In this document: positions 10,730 through 24,011 of the stretch, piece after piece
Layout of the letters: the number at the start of each line of letters is the position of its first letter
Position numbering within the stretch: the first letter of the stretch is position 1
Assembly: GCA_047495785.1 (NCBI GenBank)
Contig: JBLDXI010000024.1
Coordinates: 3,844,001 to 3,908,000 of the forward strand
Reading direction: 5' to 3'
Source of the DNA: Lepidodermella squamata
Lineage: Eukaryota > Animalia > Gastrotricha
DNA: 64,000 nt
Notes under the pieces: model-generated
What the model saw: only the letters and a program-made list of their open reading frames with translations
What the model was told of the DNA's origin: nothing
Database searches by the model: none
Made by a program: the position numbers and the translations under genes

Positions 10730-13700
10730 TTACAGCTTGGCGTTCTTGTACAGAGTGCGGGCAATCGTGCGCCAGTGCACCTCGTCGGGCCCATCCGCCA
10801 GGCGCAACGCCCGCGCCGCCGCCATGAAACCGCTGAGTGGGAAGTCCTGAGACACCCCAGCGCCTCCATGCACCTAAAAATTGCCAAAATTTATTAAAAA
10901 TTCGAGTTCTCAGAAAACATTCAATTTAATCGGCAAATTTCCAATTTACCAAAGATATACCTCATTTTAAAAATTAATGAAAATTAAGAGGATATTCCGC
11001 GAAATAGTAAGAAGTCCAAGTTGAGCCATTTGTAAGACCCTTCATGCCAGTAAAGAGCCCAATTTAGGTGAAATAAAAAATAGCAAACCTGAATAGCCGT
11101 ATCGATGATGCGTTGGCTGAGAGCTGGAACCACTGCTTTGATCATGGCAATCTCCTTCGCAGCCGCCCGGGCGCCAACTGTGTCGATCATGTGCGCCGCT
11201 TTCAGGACGAACAGCCTAGCCTGCTCCAACTCGGTGTAGCACTTCGCCAGTTCTTGTTGGATGGAATCGCGCATGGCGAGCGGTTTGCCGAACGCTTGCC
11301 GAGACGCAGTTCGAGCGACGGCGAGATCGATCGCCCGAGCGCTCATGCCAATCAACCGCATGCAGTGGTGAATACGCCCTGGACCGAGACGACCCTGCGG
11401 ACACAAATAAATACCATTCAAATTTTTCAAAAGTTCTTCTACAAATAAACTTGCGCCAACCGTAACGGGGTAATTTTGGAAAATACATGTGTTTTGAGAA
11501 TGAAAAAATATGCTCCTTCATACAAAAGAGAGTACATACTAGGTGATTTCCGATTTATCGGCAGATTTTGGCAATTTTGCGAATTTTGTCTGATTTTTGG
11601 CAATTTTTCGCACCAGGTTGATCAAATTTTGAAAAAAAACTGAATAGATCGGTTTTTCGAAAAATTCAAGAAAAATACATTCTCTGCACAAGCCAACCAC
11701 TCGCGTGAATTCTCGCGTGAATTACTTCGCCCTCACATCGCTGCTGTTATTCGAAGGAAGCTGTCGTTTTTTTTAGATCTTACCTCGAATGTGCCAATTT
11801 AGCACGGCCGATAAGAAATCTTGCGGATAAAATAACGCTGAAACATCGAACGGTGCAACTTGTTGGCTCTGTCACGTTTACACTTGAAGAAACTGCATCA
11901 AACAAGGTAACCGCTTTTTCTCTTGGCGCAATGTTCACAGGCTCTGGATGCGAGTTGGATCTAGTCCATATGGATGTAGCCGGACCAGTCGAAGTTCAGT
12001 CTCCAGGAGGATCTCACTGGTACCTGATTCTCGTTGATGATTTTACGCACTACACCTGGGTCTACAAAGTCGGACGTGTTTGATTGCTACAAACATTTCG
12101 AGAATGAGGTAACCACGTTTCAAAATAAGAAAATCAAGCGTTTACGATCGGATACTGCCGGAGAAAATTGATCAACGGCTTTTATCGACCACCCTAAAGT
12201 TCCAGGCGCTAGGCATGAAACCAGTTGTCCACACACCCCGAACAAAATGGTAGCGCAGGAAGAATGGTGAGAACAGTCACGGAGATGGCGGGAACTATGC
12301 TTCTGGAATCCGAATCACCGCGATTTTTATGGGCCGAAGCTATTACTTGCGCAGTTTACGTTCGAAATCGACTTCCATCCTCCGCAATTGACCCAGACAA
12401 GACACCCTTCGAACTCTGGACAGGAAGAAAGCCGAATGTTTCTAATCTCAAGCCGTTCGGATGCGTCGCTTATGCTTTTGTCAATGATCAAGATCGCAAG
12501 AAGTTCGATGCGAAATCGAAAGCCTGTCGTTTTGTTGGATACTCCGGCACCCAGAAGGGTTACCGCCTTTTCGACCCGGTCAATAAGAAAATCCTGTGTC
12601 GAATTGCGGTTCAATTTCACGAGAAGGAATTTCGGATCGAGTCCGACCCCGAGACTAATCGAGTTAGTACAGTGGTAGCCGCGTTTCCTCTCCTCTCGGA
12701 AAGGGAGAGTAGGGTAAGGAAAATGCCCGTGAAATTTGGTTACGAAGATAACGATTTTTTTCAGAAAAATCTACCCAGCTTGGTCCCAGCTGACTCAAAC
12801 TGGGATACGAGGCTACGAGGATACGAGGGATCAGTTCGGATGGACTCCGAACTGATGATCCGCAGGAATGGCCCGCCTCCATTGAAAGCTACGAAAATCT
12901 TAGAGGAGGCGCTGGACGCGTACTTCTCGCGACCGGTGGCACCACTTCTTCTACGAATTTTCGAATTTTCGAGTTTCGAAAACCTACCATTCTGCCCTTA
13001 TTGAAAAGCACGTCCTCGGAAACGTTTAGCATTTAATGTAAAATGAAGAATACAAAGCGCTAGTCTTTATTTGCGACGTCTAACTGTGAACTAATTTTCT
13101 ATCATTTTCGATTCTAGAAAAAGCTGAACATAATTTGAAACCATTCTGGGATAAAGGTCGCGACGGAACAAATTTTCTGCCAGTCTGCCGCGCAGATTTT
13201 TCTACATTTTTTCCGAAATTACCCGATTTTTCACCTAAATGCAGGTGAATGCCCTGCAACAACTAATTATCACACTACTATGTTTCTTCTAATCACTGAA
13301 AGAGCAATATTATGGGAGTGCCCATGCAAAATTAATTTACTGAAATTCCAATTTAAAAAGATGTACAAAATTGCAAACCTGTCCCATGGCGAAGCCGTAG
13401 CCTTCCTCTTGCAGCAGTGCTTCCTTCGCATCGACCCGCACGTTATCGAAAAGCACCTCGCCGTGGCCGCCATGGACGGCGTCGTCGAAGCCGAAAACAG
13501 TCAGCGGCCTGATAACCTTAACGCCGGGTGTGTATCGCGGCACTAGCACCATCGAGTGTTGTTTGTGAACCGGGTTCGAAGCAAGCGCGTCCGATTTGCC
13601 CAGATAAATGATAATCTCACACTTTGGGTTCATTATTCCAGATGTCCACCACTAAAATCGCAAAAAAAGAAAATTTATTCAAGAAATTCTGAATAAACAT

Positions 13701-16441
13701 AGAAATTAAAAAATTAAGAAATTAATGAGAAATTCAAAAAATAAAATTGTCATTTTTGGAAAAAAAATTAAAAAATAGATGCTCAAGTTTTTAAATTTAG
13801 AAAAAATTTAGAAAATTTCCAACTTGAAAAACTAACTTTGCGCCCATTCAGAACAAGTTGATCGCCTTCGCGTCGAATCGCCGCCGAGATATTAGTCGCA
13901 TCCGACGACGCAACAGCCGGTTCAGTCATGGCGAACGCAGATCGAATCTCGCCCGACAGTAGCTTATACAACCACTTGGCCTGCTGAGCCGCATTGCCGT
14001 ACTTGATCAGCACCTCCATGTTGCCCGTATCCGGCGCGGCGCAGTTGAAAATTTCCGGGCCAAATGGCTGGTAACGACCCATCAGCTCGGCCATATGCGC
14101 GTACTCGACATTCGTCAAACCAGCCCCGGAAAATTTGTTGTTCGGGTCCAAATCGCGGCACAGCCACAAATTCCACAGACCGTCCTTTTTCGCTTCTTCC
14201 TTCAGTTGCTCGAGTTTCGGGTGTTTCGTCGACCATTTTTCGTTCGAATTTTGAAGTTGCTCGTAGAACTCAAGCAATTCCTTTTCAATCGGCGCCAATT
14301 TACCCATGACAAATTTCGACAATTCGCCGTAGATTTTCTTGGCTTTCGGGCCCAAATCGTCGGGGCTCATGGCAAAATTTGAAGAGCTCGGCGGCGATGA
14401 TTTTTTCACCTCGCCAGCGTCTTGCCCAACGATTTTGAGTGCGATTTTCGCGAGAACTGGCACGGCCTCGCCGAATTTTTCGCTGCCAGGCGACGAGGAT
14501 TGGCCGCTGATTGCGCGTTTGTAAACACCCTGAGAGATAGCGGCGTACCGGAAAGCGCAGAAAGCGAGGTAGAATTTCATGAATTCAACCGGATTTTCAG
14601 GCATATTCGGCACTTTTGCGAGTTTAAAGTACTCGGCAATGTGGTCGTGAACACGAGGCAGACCCAATTTATCAATATCAAGCTCGGCCATTCCGCTGAA
14701 AACCTAAAATTGAGACAAATATAACCAAAAATTCGGAAAGCAAATTCTGGAAAATTCATACGTTGAAAGCTGATGGCACAAAATAGTGGAAAATGGACGT
14801 TGCCACGTCAGTGTAAGGATCGCCAACAGTCGACAGTTCCCAGTCAAGAACACTCAACACTTTGTCGTTGTGTCGATCGAAAATCAAGTTATCCAACCGG
14901 AAATCGCCATGGATGAGCGTGACTCGCGATCCAGCTTTAGATTTTGCGATTTTGGCGCAATTCTCCTTCAGCCACGCTATTAACTTATTCATCGCTGGGT
15001 GGTCAGTTGTTTTCGCAGCTTCGTACTGCTGAACCCAGCGCGATAGATTCCGTTCAAGATAACTCGAATCGCGTTTACCCCACTGAGACAGACCGACTTT
15101 GTCCAAATCAACGGAATGAATCGCTGCGAGAACTTTATTCATCTCAGAGTACAATTTACGCCGCCTTTCGATGGGTACCACCTCTTGAAGGGTCATGTTC
15201 TTATAGATTGACCCTTCAACGTAATCCATGACAAAGAATTCACTGCCGATTACGCTAGGATCGTTGCAATAGGCGTGAGTTTTCGGTACTGGAACGTCTG
15301 AATTGGCGAGGGCTGAAAATAGCTTGAATTCTCGGTCGATCATATGAGCAGACTGCAGCAATTTCCCTGGCTGAACACAAATATTGAGTCAAAGTTGCGA
15401 TAATTTAACAAAAACTAACCGGTTTACGACGTAAAACCAGCTTAGAATCGCCGTGTTTAACCAAGTAAGTCGGATTCGACCGGCCATTAACGAACTGACG
15501 GACCGCAGGGAAGTCTTCAGAAGGTTTGACGTGCTGATTCAGGTAATCTCTGACCTTCTCAAGGGGTAGCTTCAAATGCTTAGCCGGCGATACAGTGCCA
15601 GGAGCGTGGCAACGAAGCGACAAATTAAGCAATTTCTCCAAATCGTCGACAACTTGGCGGGGGCTTTCGGCTTTTATCGTGTGAATGCCTAATTGGCTCG
15701 CAGCTTTCAGATTGTGCCCTAAATCGTCGACAAAAATGGTTTCACTCGGCTCGACTGAAAGCTGCTTCAACACAAGTTTGTAGATGTCGTGCTCGGGTTT
15801 GCGGAATCCGACGCGGAATGATTCAACGACAGTGTCAAACATTTTCCGGTTGATAGGCAACGGGTGTTCAAGGTATTTTCGATTAATCATCCAGTTGTTT
15901 GTCAGCAGGCCGGTTTTAAGGCCATCAGCTCGCAGGGCTTTGGCTGCGTGAGACACGATTTCGTAATCTTTGTTTTCGAATGAAACCGAGCCAAATATTT
16001 TGAAGACAACATCGCGGACTTCCTCAGCTGGTATCATCTAATACCGTCAACTCATAACATGAGCTATCTATAAGTGTAAAACGTACGCCTTGCATAACGC
16101 TCTTGAATGCAACAGCGAATTCTTCCAAGTCCAGTTTGCCTTTCTCAAGGTCAGCAAACTCCTGACTCGTGACCAAGCGTTTCGCAAATGATAATGGTTC
16201 AAGCTTGTATTGCTGTTCAACATCTAGAATTTACAAATAATAAACTCATTTTTGACACGGGCGACGAGCAACCTCTGATAGCTTGAATTGGAGAGGGCAT
16301 AAAAACACCTCCAAGGTCGAATACAACGGCTTTGAACTTGCGAGGGTGGGCGGCGTCAGCAGCATAATTTCGCAACGGCATGGTTGCAGCAGCAATCACA
16401 GGTGATTTATATCCAGCAGCGAAATTAGCAACTCGATACAT
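10730..16441 (-). CDS. ACAD10: Acyl-CoA dehydrogenase family member 10 (HAD + phosphotransferase + ACAD domains), multi-exon
   Basis: [12 protein letters not shown] motif, [20 protein letters not shown] motifs, [45 protein letters not shown]. Confidence 0.93.
11940..12720 (+). mobile_element. Degenerate Ty1/Copia LTR-retrotransposon integrase fragment in ACAD10 intron 11395-13378
   Basis: [58 protein letters not shown] motifs; frameshifted; no RT or LTR seen. Confidence 0.9.
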
Positions 16442-16967
16442 CAGGAAAAGTTATCATCCAAAATTATTAGAAAAACCTAGTAAAAATAATGAAACGCGAA
16501 ATTTAAAAGTTTGATGTGAGCGTGGCCCAAGCCTCGCGTCAATTCGCAGTTAAAATTGACCTTTTTAAATATAATAAAATTGTGCGACAGGAGTGTTTCG
16601 GTAATATTGCCATTATCATTTTGAGAGAACGACATCGATCAACTTGCAACTTCAATCAGACTCTGGTAAATTGCCGGTTTGAGAAATATCTGTGGAGAAA
16701 TGAGTTGGAGAAAATTCGCCGGTTTGAAAGGAGAGATGCAGAATTCCAGATCTCGAAAAACGTGGCCTGCTAGCATATGGCCCGCCAACTTCAGGTACGC
16801 CGTTAAGTTGGGTACTTAAGCCGGCGCCGGTAACGACTCAAAAAGGTCAGCGTAAGGTCAACATAGTGGCAAATTTGACAAGCATCCAGAATGGCCGTAC
16901 TGGCTGAGCTCTGCCTCTGGACGCTTCATACCCACTGGCTCGGACTTCGGACTGCGAGGATGACGAC

Positions 16968-17015
16968 TTCTCAATTCTCTCAATTCTCAATTCTCAATTT
17001 CTCAATTTTCTCAAA
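16968..17015 (+). repeat. Imperfect (TTCTCAA)n microsatellite
   Basis: About six tandem TTCTCAA-like units. Confidence 0.8.
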
Positions 17016-17280
17016 ACCTGTATGTATGGTTTGTGCTCAATTCGATAATTTACCGCGCAATTCATGACATAACATTTTTGTATATTATGTAAAATTACTA
17101 AAAATTTTAATTTAAATGTCAAATGAATAAAAATATTTTTAATAGCAACGTAGCAACGCGTCCCCTATCCCTGTCTATTTCAAACGATTCCAGAAATATT
17201 CCGATTAGCCTGCGACGCTTTGATCCCAGGCAGTTATACACTATAGCATAAATCACTTGTTTGAATGATAGCGCTTTTCC

Positions 17281-18690
17281 ATGCCTCTTTCTGGTAAAAA
17301 GAAAAAGGGAAAGAGGAAGAAGAAGGTTTCCGAAGAAGCTCGTGAAAGGAAGAAGCTCGATAAATGGGATACGAAGGCAATGAAACATGTCTTGTCTCTA
17401 GACCACTACACCGATATTCTCCAGCATTTGCTAAGCTGGTATCAAGATAACGAGAAGCTGATTTACAAATATTTTCTCGCTCTTCCTCGACCAATCGATG
17501 CTGAATTGCTTGAACTGTATTTCTCAACAATCCGGCCGCAGAACACAGAAGAATCGAAACCATCAGAGACTGAAGAGTCATCCACATCCACAGACCATGC
17601 GTTATACACATCTATGTCTATGTTCACAAAGGGCCTAATGGATCTAGGTGCTCCTTATTCAGAAATCGAAACGCATATAATGTGCCGCCTAATTCAATGT
17701 GCTACAACTATCAAACCTCCCGTCGAAGAAGTTACTGAGGATGACGAGCAAAACCCCGGCGAGAAAGCGCCATCTCCTATTGAGAAGCCTTGGAGCAAGT
17801 CAGCAACTAAAGCGTCAAACACTGCCCCAGATGATTCGTCGTCTGAGCCTGAGAAGCCAACACTGCGAGATCAACCGGGACTATTTCAAGATTTGATTAT
17901 CAAGATAACTGGTTCTTTGAAAGTTCTAAAAACCGAGGAGCAAACAATCTGGAAAATTTTAAAATCGAATATCCCTGCTCAACACAAAAACAAAGAACAA
18001 ATCCCTTGGATTAAGGATTGCCTAGAACGCCGAAAAATCGCAGAAGCTCTGAAGAAAAAGAAGAAGAAAAAGAAGAAGCGTGCTAAATCAGCATCAGGAC
18101 CGGCATTCGACCGCTGTAAGACTTGTGATTTGATACTTACAGATACTTATGCTGGACCGAAGGATTCGGAATTCAGTTATTTAAAAGTAATATGTCGCCT
18201 AGCCCGAATGGATAAAAAAGAGCATCATCCAATGCATGTTGTGGTTTACGCTCAATCTCACTGGCTTTTCGCTCAAGTTGCTGCTAATATTTTGGAACAA
18301 ACAGATTTGGCAACGCAAAGACTTCACCTCTATACAAAGCTACCAACCTTTGAGCCGAGCTCGCCTCATCCGTCCAACGGCGTAAAACCAGTCTCACCGG
18401 GATTGTCGCTGGAACAGTATGGCTGTATAGGCGGGCCGAGGTTGGAACCTGTTGAAGTAACAATTTACTACGACTTCCGACCTCCGAAAGTGGCGATTCA
18501 ATGTCCATTACTCAATTCAGAAATGATTTACGATTATGGCGAATATAAAAATTATAAAGAGCAGAACTTGAATTATCAGCTTGATTATGCTAAAAATTAT
18601 ACTCAGCAACGGAAGTCAGGGCTGGGGGATTATTCAAACAAGGAGACTGACGAAAGCGGTGGCTCTGATGACTCTTCAGACTCGGATTAA
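17281..18690 (+). CDS. Uncharacterised 469-aa intronless protein with two poly-Lys tracts
   Basis: Long ATG ORF; C-terminal IYYDF..P...CPLL segment; family not recognised. Confidence 0.75.
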   Translation: MPLSGKKKKGKRKKKVSEEARERKKLDKWDTKAMKHVLSLDHYTDILQHLLSWYQDNEKLIYKYFLALPRPIDAELLELYFSTIRPQNTEESKPSETEESSTSTDHALYTSMSMFTKGLMDLGAPYSEIETHIMCRLIQCATTIKPPVEEVTEDDEQNPGEKAPSPIEKPWSKSATKASNTAPDDSSSEPEKPTLRDQPGLFQDLIIKITGSLKVLKTEEQTIWKILKSNIPAQHKNKEQIPWIKDCLERRKIAEALKKKKKKKKKRAKSASGPAFDRCKTCDLILTDTYAGPKDSEFSYLKVICRLARMDKKEHHPMHVVVYAQSHWLFAQVAANILEQTDLATQRLHLYTKLPTFEPSSPHPSNGVKPVSPGLSLEQYGCIGGPRLEPVEVTIYYDFRPPKVAIQCPLLNSEMIYDYGEYKNYKEQNLNYQLDYAKNYTQQRKSGLGDYSNKETDESGGSDDSSDSD

Positions 18691-18746
18691 ATAAATAGTT
18701 TATTATCGATCTATTGTTTATGTTTTTAGAATTGTATTTATTAAAA

Positions 18747-19361
18747 ATGGACTTTGGAGGGCCTGATTCTTTGTTTGCTTTGGCCAATTTGCTGAATCCT
18801 CCTATGCGAAAGGAGGACCTGGATGACGACGATGACGATATAAAAATGCCGCGAGGCCGGCCTGCTTTTGCCGCGCCCAGCGATTTGAAGCCGAAATCAA
18901 CGGATAAGCCAATGACTCAAGATGAGAAACGCGATTTAAAACGGCAAGAGCGTACGAAGAATTTGAATTCGAAAGACATCTGGGACCCTGAAGAGGTCGT
19001 TCCATCGTCGGAATTCGACGATATTTACGACACGAGACAACAGCCGGAATACACAATTTCCTATCGTCAAACTGTAACAACTGACGACGTTTACCTCGGG
19101 ATGAACAACAAATCACCATCTACAGCTAGCTGTGAAATGATGGTCGTTAAAATCGTTCTACCTGATTCGAATAGCGCTAATGATATTGAGTTGAATGTTA
19201 AGAAAACGTTTTTAGATTGCCGCACCAAAACTTATAAATTAGGTCTTCATTTGCCGCATCCTTGTGACGACAAATCTGCGAAGGCTGAGTGGAATACTAC
19301 TAAACACGAATTAAGTGTTGTTCTTAGAATGGTTCGAGAATTTGATGAGTTCAACTTCTAA
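18747..19361 (+). CDS. PIH1D3: Dynein axonemal assembly factor 6 (PIH1D3/Twister)
   Basis: LANLL N-terminus, DIWDPEEV, PEYTISYRQTVTTDDVYLGM, STASCE, YKLGLHLPHP, CS-like domain ending REFDEFNF. Confidence 0.92.
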   Translation: MDFGGPDSLFALANLLNPPMRKEDLDDDDDDIKMPRGRPAFAAPSDLKPKSTDKPMTQDEKRDLKRQERTKNLNSKDIWDPEEVVPSSEFDDIYDTRQQPEYTISYRQTVTTDDVYLGMNNKSPSTASCEMMVVKIVLPDSNSANDIELNVKKTFLDCRTKTYKLGLHLPHPCDDKSAKAEWNTTKHELSVVLRMVREFDEFNF

Positions 19362-19440
19362 AAACTCGATATTATCCTCCATCTCAATTAAAATGGTATT
19401 AATAATGGTTTTTCCTTAATTTTAGAGATTTATTTTTAAA

Positions 19441-22400
19441 ATGGCAGTAAGTGCTATGACACTTTCGTCCGTTATGGACGACGGTCTGATGACGGATCGC
19501 AGTTTCAATTCACCGCCTAACACTGACAATAAGAGAGATTTGACGTTTGAATCCGTGCCAAAGTTAAAATTAACGAATCGAGCTGTGACTCGCGAGGAAG
19601 AAATTGCTTTCGAAGACGAAGAGATCATTCCTCCGCCTAACGGCCGGCTGACCAAGTCGATTGTTACAAAATTTTTGACGAATTTAGGCATGGCGGGGGA
19701 TGGGACTACGTTCGCATATCGGGATCTGGAGCTACTGGTAAATTGAACAAATTCAATAATGCTGAATTTTTAATTTCAATATTTTTTCAACAAAAGAATA
19801 TGAAGCTGACTGATATTGGTGTTCTCACTACGTATCAGTTCATCCGTCACCTAAATCTATCTCACAACAATTTGACCACCCTAGTCGTGTTAACAAACAT
19901 GCCATGGCTGGAGACCCTAATCGCGTCAAACAACCAAATCGAAGTTTTACTCGATTTTCGCGCGCCTCACGCGCTTCGTCGCGTCGATCTGTCGCACAAT
20001 AACATCCGAGTTATGCCGGATTTAAGCGAGCACGCCTACTTAGAATCGCTAATTCTCGACCACAACGACATTTTGCTGATTGGCGGGCTCGAAAATTGCC
20101 GCAGATTGAAAGAATTACGCCTATCCCACAACAGAATCGGCCAATTGGAGTCGTTGGGCAAGTTGCCGCTTCAAAAATTGGATTTATCGTTCAATCAACT
20201 GGCGAAAATTGAAGGCCTTGAGCGGTTAGAGTTGTTGACTGAGCTGAATTTAAGTGGGAATAAAATTCGTTCGCTAACCGGCCTGTCGTCGCACGCAATG
20301 CTAACTCGGCTAGATTTGAGCTCGAATGAAATTATCGATATTAGCGAAATCGAATATCTATGCTCGTTGTACCTGTTGAACCGGGGCGAATTTTCGTTGA
20401 ATCTATCCAACAACCCAGTTTGCGAATTGCCCGATTTTCGCCTCCACGTCATCCACCGATTTCCTAACGTGGCTGTGCTGAATAATAAGAAGGTTAGGAC
20501 TGAGGAAAGATCAGCGGCGATTTACGCCTTTTCACCGCCCATTGAGCACGTTGCGGCGGTGAACCATGCGGCGTTGGCGATTTATTCGTTTCTACAACCG
20601 GCTGCGCTGGAGACTTACACGCTGCCCGATCCGGATATGTGCTACCCGATGCTGGTTGTTGTTGGGCCGGACGGGTCGGGCCGCGAGTATTTGACCATGC
20701 GACTGGCGAACGAATTTTCCGATGTTTTCTCAACGGGGTAAGCTCAATTTTGTGGCAGTAAAATTTGTGTAAAATTGGTTGTTACAAACTATTTTTACCT
20801 CGATCGAAAATTAGATAATTCAGGGAAGTCAGCAGGAGTCCGAATATCAGAGAAAATTCAAGAATAATTCGAAAAATTGTAGAGAACGCTCTGGAAAATT
20901 CTCAAGCCATTTTTTTTATTTTTTGAAGTGGAACGTATTTATTTTTTTAATTCAAAATTATCGAAATCTAATGATTTTTTAATTTTTTCAGAGCTCTTTG
21001 CACGACTCGGCAGTTGTACTCGGACGAGTTGGACGGGCGAGAATTTGCGCACGTGCCGCTCGAGCTATTCGACGCACAGGTGAAAGCCGGCCAATTTCTA
21101 ACCATCTACAACACATCAGACAAGCATTTATGCGGCTTCCACAAGCAGTCACTGGAGCTAGCCGCACAGGCCGGCACAGCCTGCGCCACCCACATGGAAC
21201 TAGAAGGCATGCTATGCCTGAGACTCGTCCCGTCTTTAAGGCCACGCTACGTCATGGCCGTGCCTATGGATGCCGAGGCTCTAGAGGCTAGGCTGCGGTC
21301 TCGCGGCGTTTTTACGGAGCAGCAAATTCATGAAACTATGAAAAAACGCGAGTTGTACGTTAAATATCACCAACAACACCCTGGCTATTTTGACGCGGCT
21401 ATTTCGACGGATAACCTCGAGGCGGCTTATGAGAAATTACGAGCCCTAGTTTTGGACTACCTAGGCCGCGGCAATGCGCCGATGTCTGGCGTTGGCAGTA
21501 AACAGGTTACGTCGTTATCGGTGGATTTTGCGGCTGAAAATTCGGCGCAACCAGCCGGCGCTAAGGCAATCATGGCTGGCGGGCTGGTTCAGCGAAATGA
21601 CGGTGCTATGTCACCGAGTAACAGCAACACCCTTGGGGTATACATTTATATCATATTTTCATCGTTTTATCCAACTTGAGCAACCATTAAATTCAATAGA
21701 AAATGAATTTTTTGAAAACATGGGAAATCATCGAAAATTGGGCTTTTGACGTCCGGGTAAAAGCATTTAAAATTCTCTTGAAATCTGAAATCCAAGACTT
21801 TTTTGAATGTCAAGTTGAAAAATAAAAACTTATTTTTGTATCCAGCTGAGCGCGGCAAGTTTTAGAACTCTCATGGCGGATTTTCTCTACTGTTGCTATT
21901 TCTCTATTATATTTTGCTTCGCTGTTTATATACAAGAAAATTACAATGAATGCTTTTGAAATTTCCAAAATGTTCAAAGCATGATTAGAAATTTTAAAAG
22001 TTTCCTAATTATTTCTTAGACCTTACTTAATTTCAATTAGCTTATAGCTCGAACGGCAATGATTATGGAATTATAATTTTTCAATTTATTTTGTGTTAAT
22101 TTAGACTGAACGGTCGCTGTATAGAGTTCGGTACGAAGCTCTGCAACGCGTGATGAGCGGCGGCCGGCGAGCGTCTGGCCTCAAAGAACTCATGGGCAAA
22201 ATGCGCCAATCTGTCAGGTAAAATCTTTGCGCCTTACATAAAAATTGATTTTATTAAAAATAATGTGACGGAATTATTATTATTACAGGAAAGATGAAGA
22301 AAAGTTGGCCACTGAAGCTTTAACAATTATTTTTATAACAAAATTAACATAGATCGATGCGAGGCTTTTTTTAGAAATTTTAGAAATGCTGGGTTGTTAT

Positions 22401-22800
22401 TTACCGATTATATTTGTGTCAAAAACTAATTTTTTTGTTAATTTTTTTCAGTGCTGGAGGGCGAAGTGGGGCGGTTTTGTTAGCGAATACAGCTCGCCGA
22501 AGCGGAGTGGCGAATCGAAGTGCTGGGGCTGGCGGCGAGGTGAGCGTATCGCTGAATTTCGACGAATCCGGCGGCGAGGATTTAGGGGAGAAACCAGCAG
22601 GCGAGAAACGGCGCCAGACTTACGTGATAACGAGCAACAGAAATTTGGAGCAGCAAGAGACGAGTGATGACGAGGATGATGCGGATCTAGTGAGAAACGC
22701 GTCGGCGAATAGCGGCGAACGGCTCGGATCGGCGCGATACAACGTCCTGCCGCCGATTCGCAGTGTCAGCGAACAGACACCGGCCAATGAGGGACAGTGA
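19441..22800 (+). CDS. LRGUK: Leucine-rich repeat and guanylate kinase domain-containing protein, multi-exon
   Basis: SDS22-type LRRs with LRRcap (NNPVCELPDFRLHVI), then GUK-like YPMLVVVGPDGSG, ACATHMELEG, HPGYFDAAI. Confidence 0.9.
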
Positions 22801-22909
22801 AACAAGTTATACTGATATTTTTGTTACCTTCGAATAATAACTATTTTTAAAATGTTGAAAATAAAAAGCTCATATATGGTATAACTTCCAGCAGTCAATA
22901 TATTAATCA

Positions 22910-22982
22910 GCCCGGTTAGCTCAGTCGGTAGAGCATGGGACTCTTAATCCCAGGGTCGTGGGTTCGAGCCCCACATCTGGCG
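22910..22982 (+). tRNA. tRNA-Lys(CTT)
   Basis: GCCCGGTTAGCTCAGTCGGTAGAGCATGGGACTCTTAATCCCAGG...; one acceptor-stem mismatch. Confidence 0.88.
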
Positions 22983-23003
22983 GCGAGTAACTTTTTGCAC
23001 TTA

Positions 23004-23260
23004 TACAGCGTGTCCCAAAAGTATAACAAAGAAAATACGCGGAAAAAGGTAAAGGTCTCTAAAATGAGAGACGAAGTAACATCTCATGGCCAGAAGGTTC
23101 AGAAAATTCAGAAAAATTAAAAAAATCACGAGAATAGTAATCGAGTATGTCACTTGCTAATGGCATGGGTAATGGGGTTACAAAATTCCGGAGAAATTTG
23201 GTCCAACCGGGTAAAATACCGGAAATTACCGAACCAGTTACCATCGGGGTTTTCCAGGTT
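23004..23260 (+). mobile_element. Non-autonomous DNA-transposon remnant with Tc1/mariner-like end
   Basis: Begins TACAGCGTGTCCCAAAAGT; a diverged inverted copy lies at 28830-29067. Confidence 0.5.
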
Positions 23261-23385
23261 TTTTTCGGTAAATTTTTTATTTCTTCGGTTAAATCGCGGA
23301 TAAAAGAGAAAATATTCTCTCGGTAGGTTTAATTTTTAATAAAATTAGTTGAAGTTCCTACAAAAAGTGCATGTAAAAAAGCCGG

Positions 23386-23450
23386 CTCCTTGGCAGGGAA
23401 TCGAACCCTGGTCTCCCGCGTGACAGGCGGGGATACTAACCACTCGAGGA
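23386..23450 (-). pseudogene. tRNA-Asp(GTC) with 7-nt deletion in the 5' D arm
   Basis: Reverse complement TCCTCG|AGTGGTTAGTATCCCCGCCTGTCACGCGGG; 65 nt. Confidence 0.85.
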
Positions 23451-23531
23451 TTAAGGATAATGATTAAGGATAATGATAAGGAGTCTGCTGTCAGTGCTTT
23501 TGAATTTTAACCATGCAAAAACAGGGTCGCT

Positions 23532-23602
23532 TGCATTGGCCGGGAATCGAACCCGGGCCTCCCGCGTGGCGGGCGAGAATTCTACCACTGAACCACCGCT
23601 GC
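23532..23602 (-). pseudogene. tRNA-Gly(GCC), probably defective
   Basis: Two acceptor-stem mismatches (GCAGCGG/CCAATGC) and U33>C. Confidence 0.75.
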
Positions 23603-23669
23603 TGATGTGATAACATTACAGGCGCTCAAGGTTATGGCATTAGCATTTTTTTATTAGCTCAAACAGCTT

Positions 23670-23737
23670 GGGCCCGTCCGGGATTTGAACCCGAGACCTC
23701 TCGCACCCAAAGCGAGATACCCCTAGACCAACGGGTC
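23670..23737 (-). pseudogene. tRNA-Pro(TGG) with 4-nt deletion in the 3' D arm
   Basis: GGGGTAT|CTCGC compared with GGGGTATGATTCTCGC in the intact Pro gene at 1633-1704. Confidence 0.85.
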
Positions 23738-24011
23738 TGATCCAAAAAAGCATGACGCCAATTTTAAATAGGTAGACTGTCACATCGTAAGATCGTAGAT
23801 TTTCGTAGATTTTGGCAGATTGTCTCAGTTTACAACTTTTTTCTATTGAATAAAATCAGACTGATTCGGAGTTAGTTTATTAGAAGCAATTTGAATGCAC
23901 AAATAGTGAAAAATTGGTCTTCAAATGGACTGGAATTGATAAAAACACCGAAACAACCCGAATCCGTTTCCGAAACGCCAAAGGCGTCTCATTTGAAATA
24001 TGTTTTTCCAT

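Noticed and set aside
23448-23483. Short tandem GATTAAGGATAAT repeat, and CTA/CTG-rich repeats at ~63240-63300
   Set aside because: Simple low-complexity repeats with no spacer structure; not CRISPR-like or telomeric
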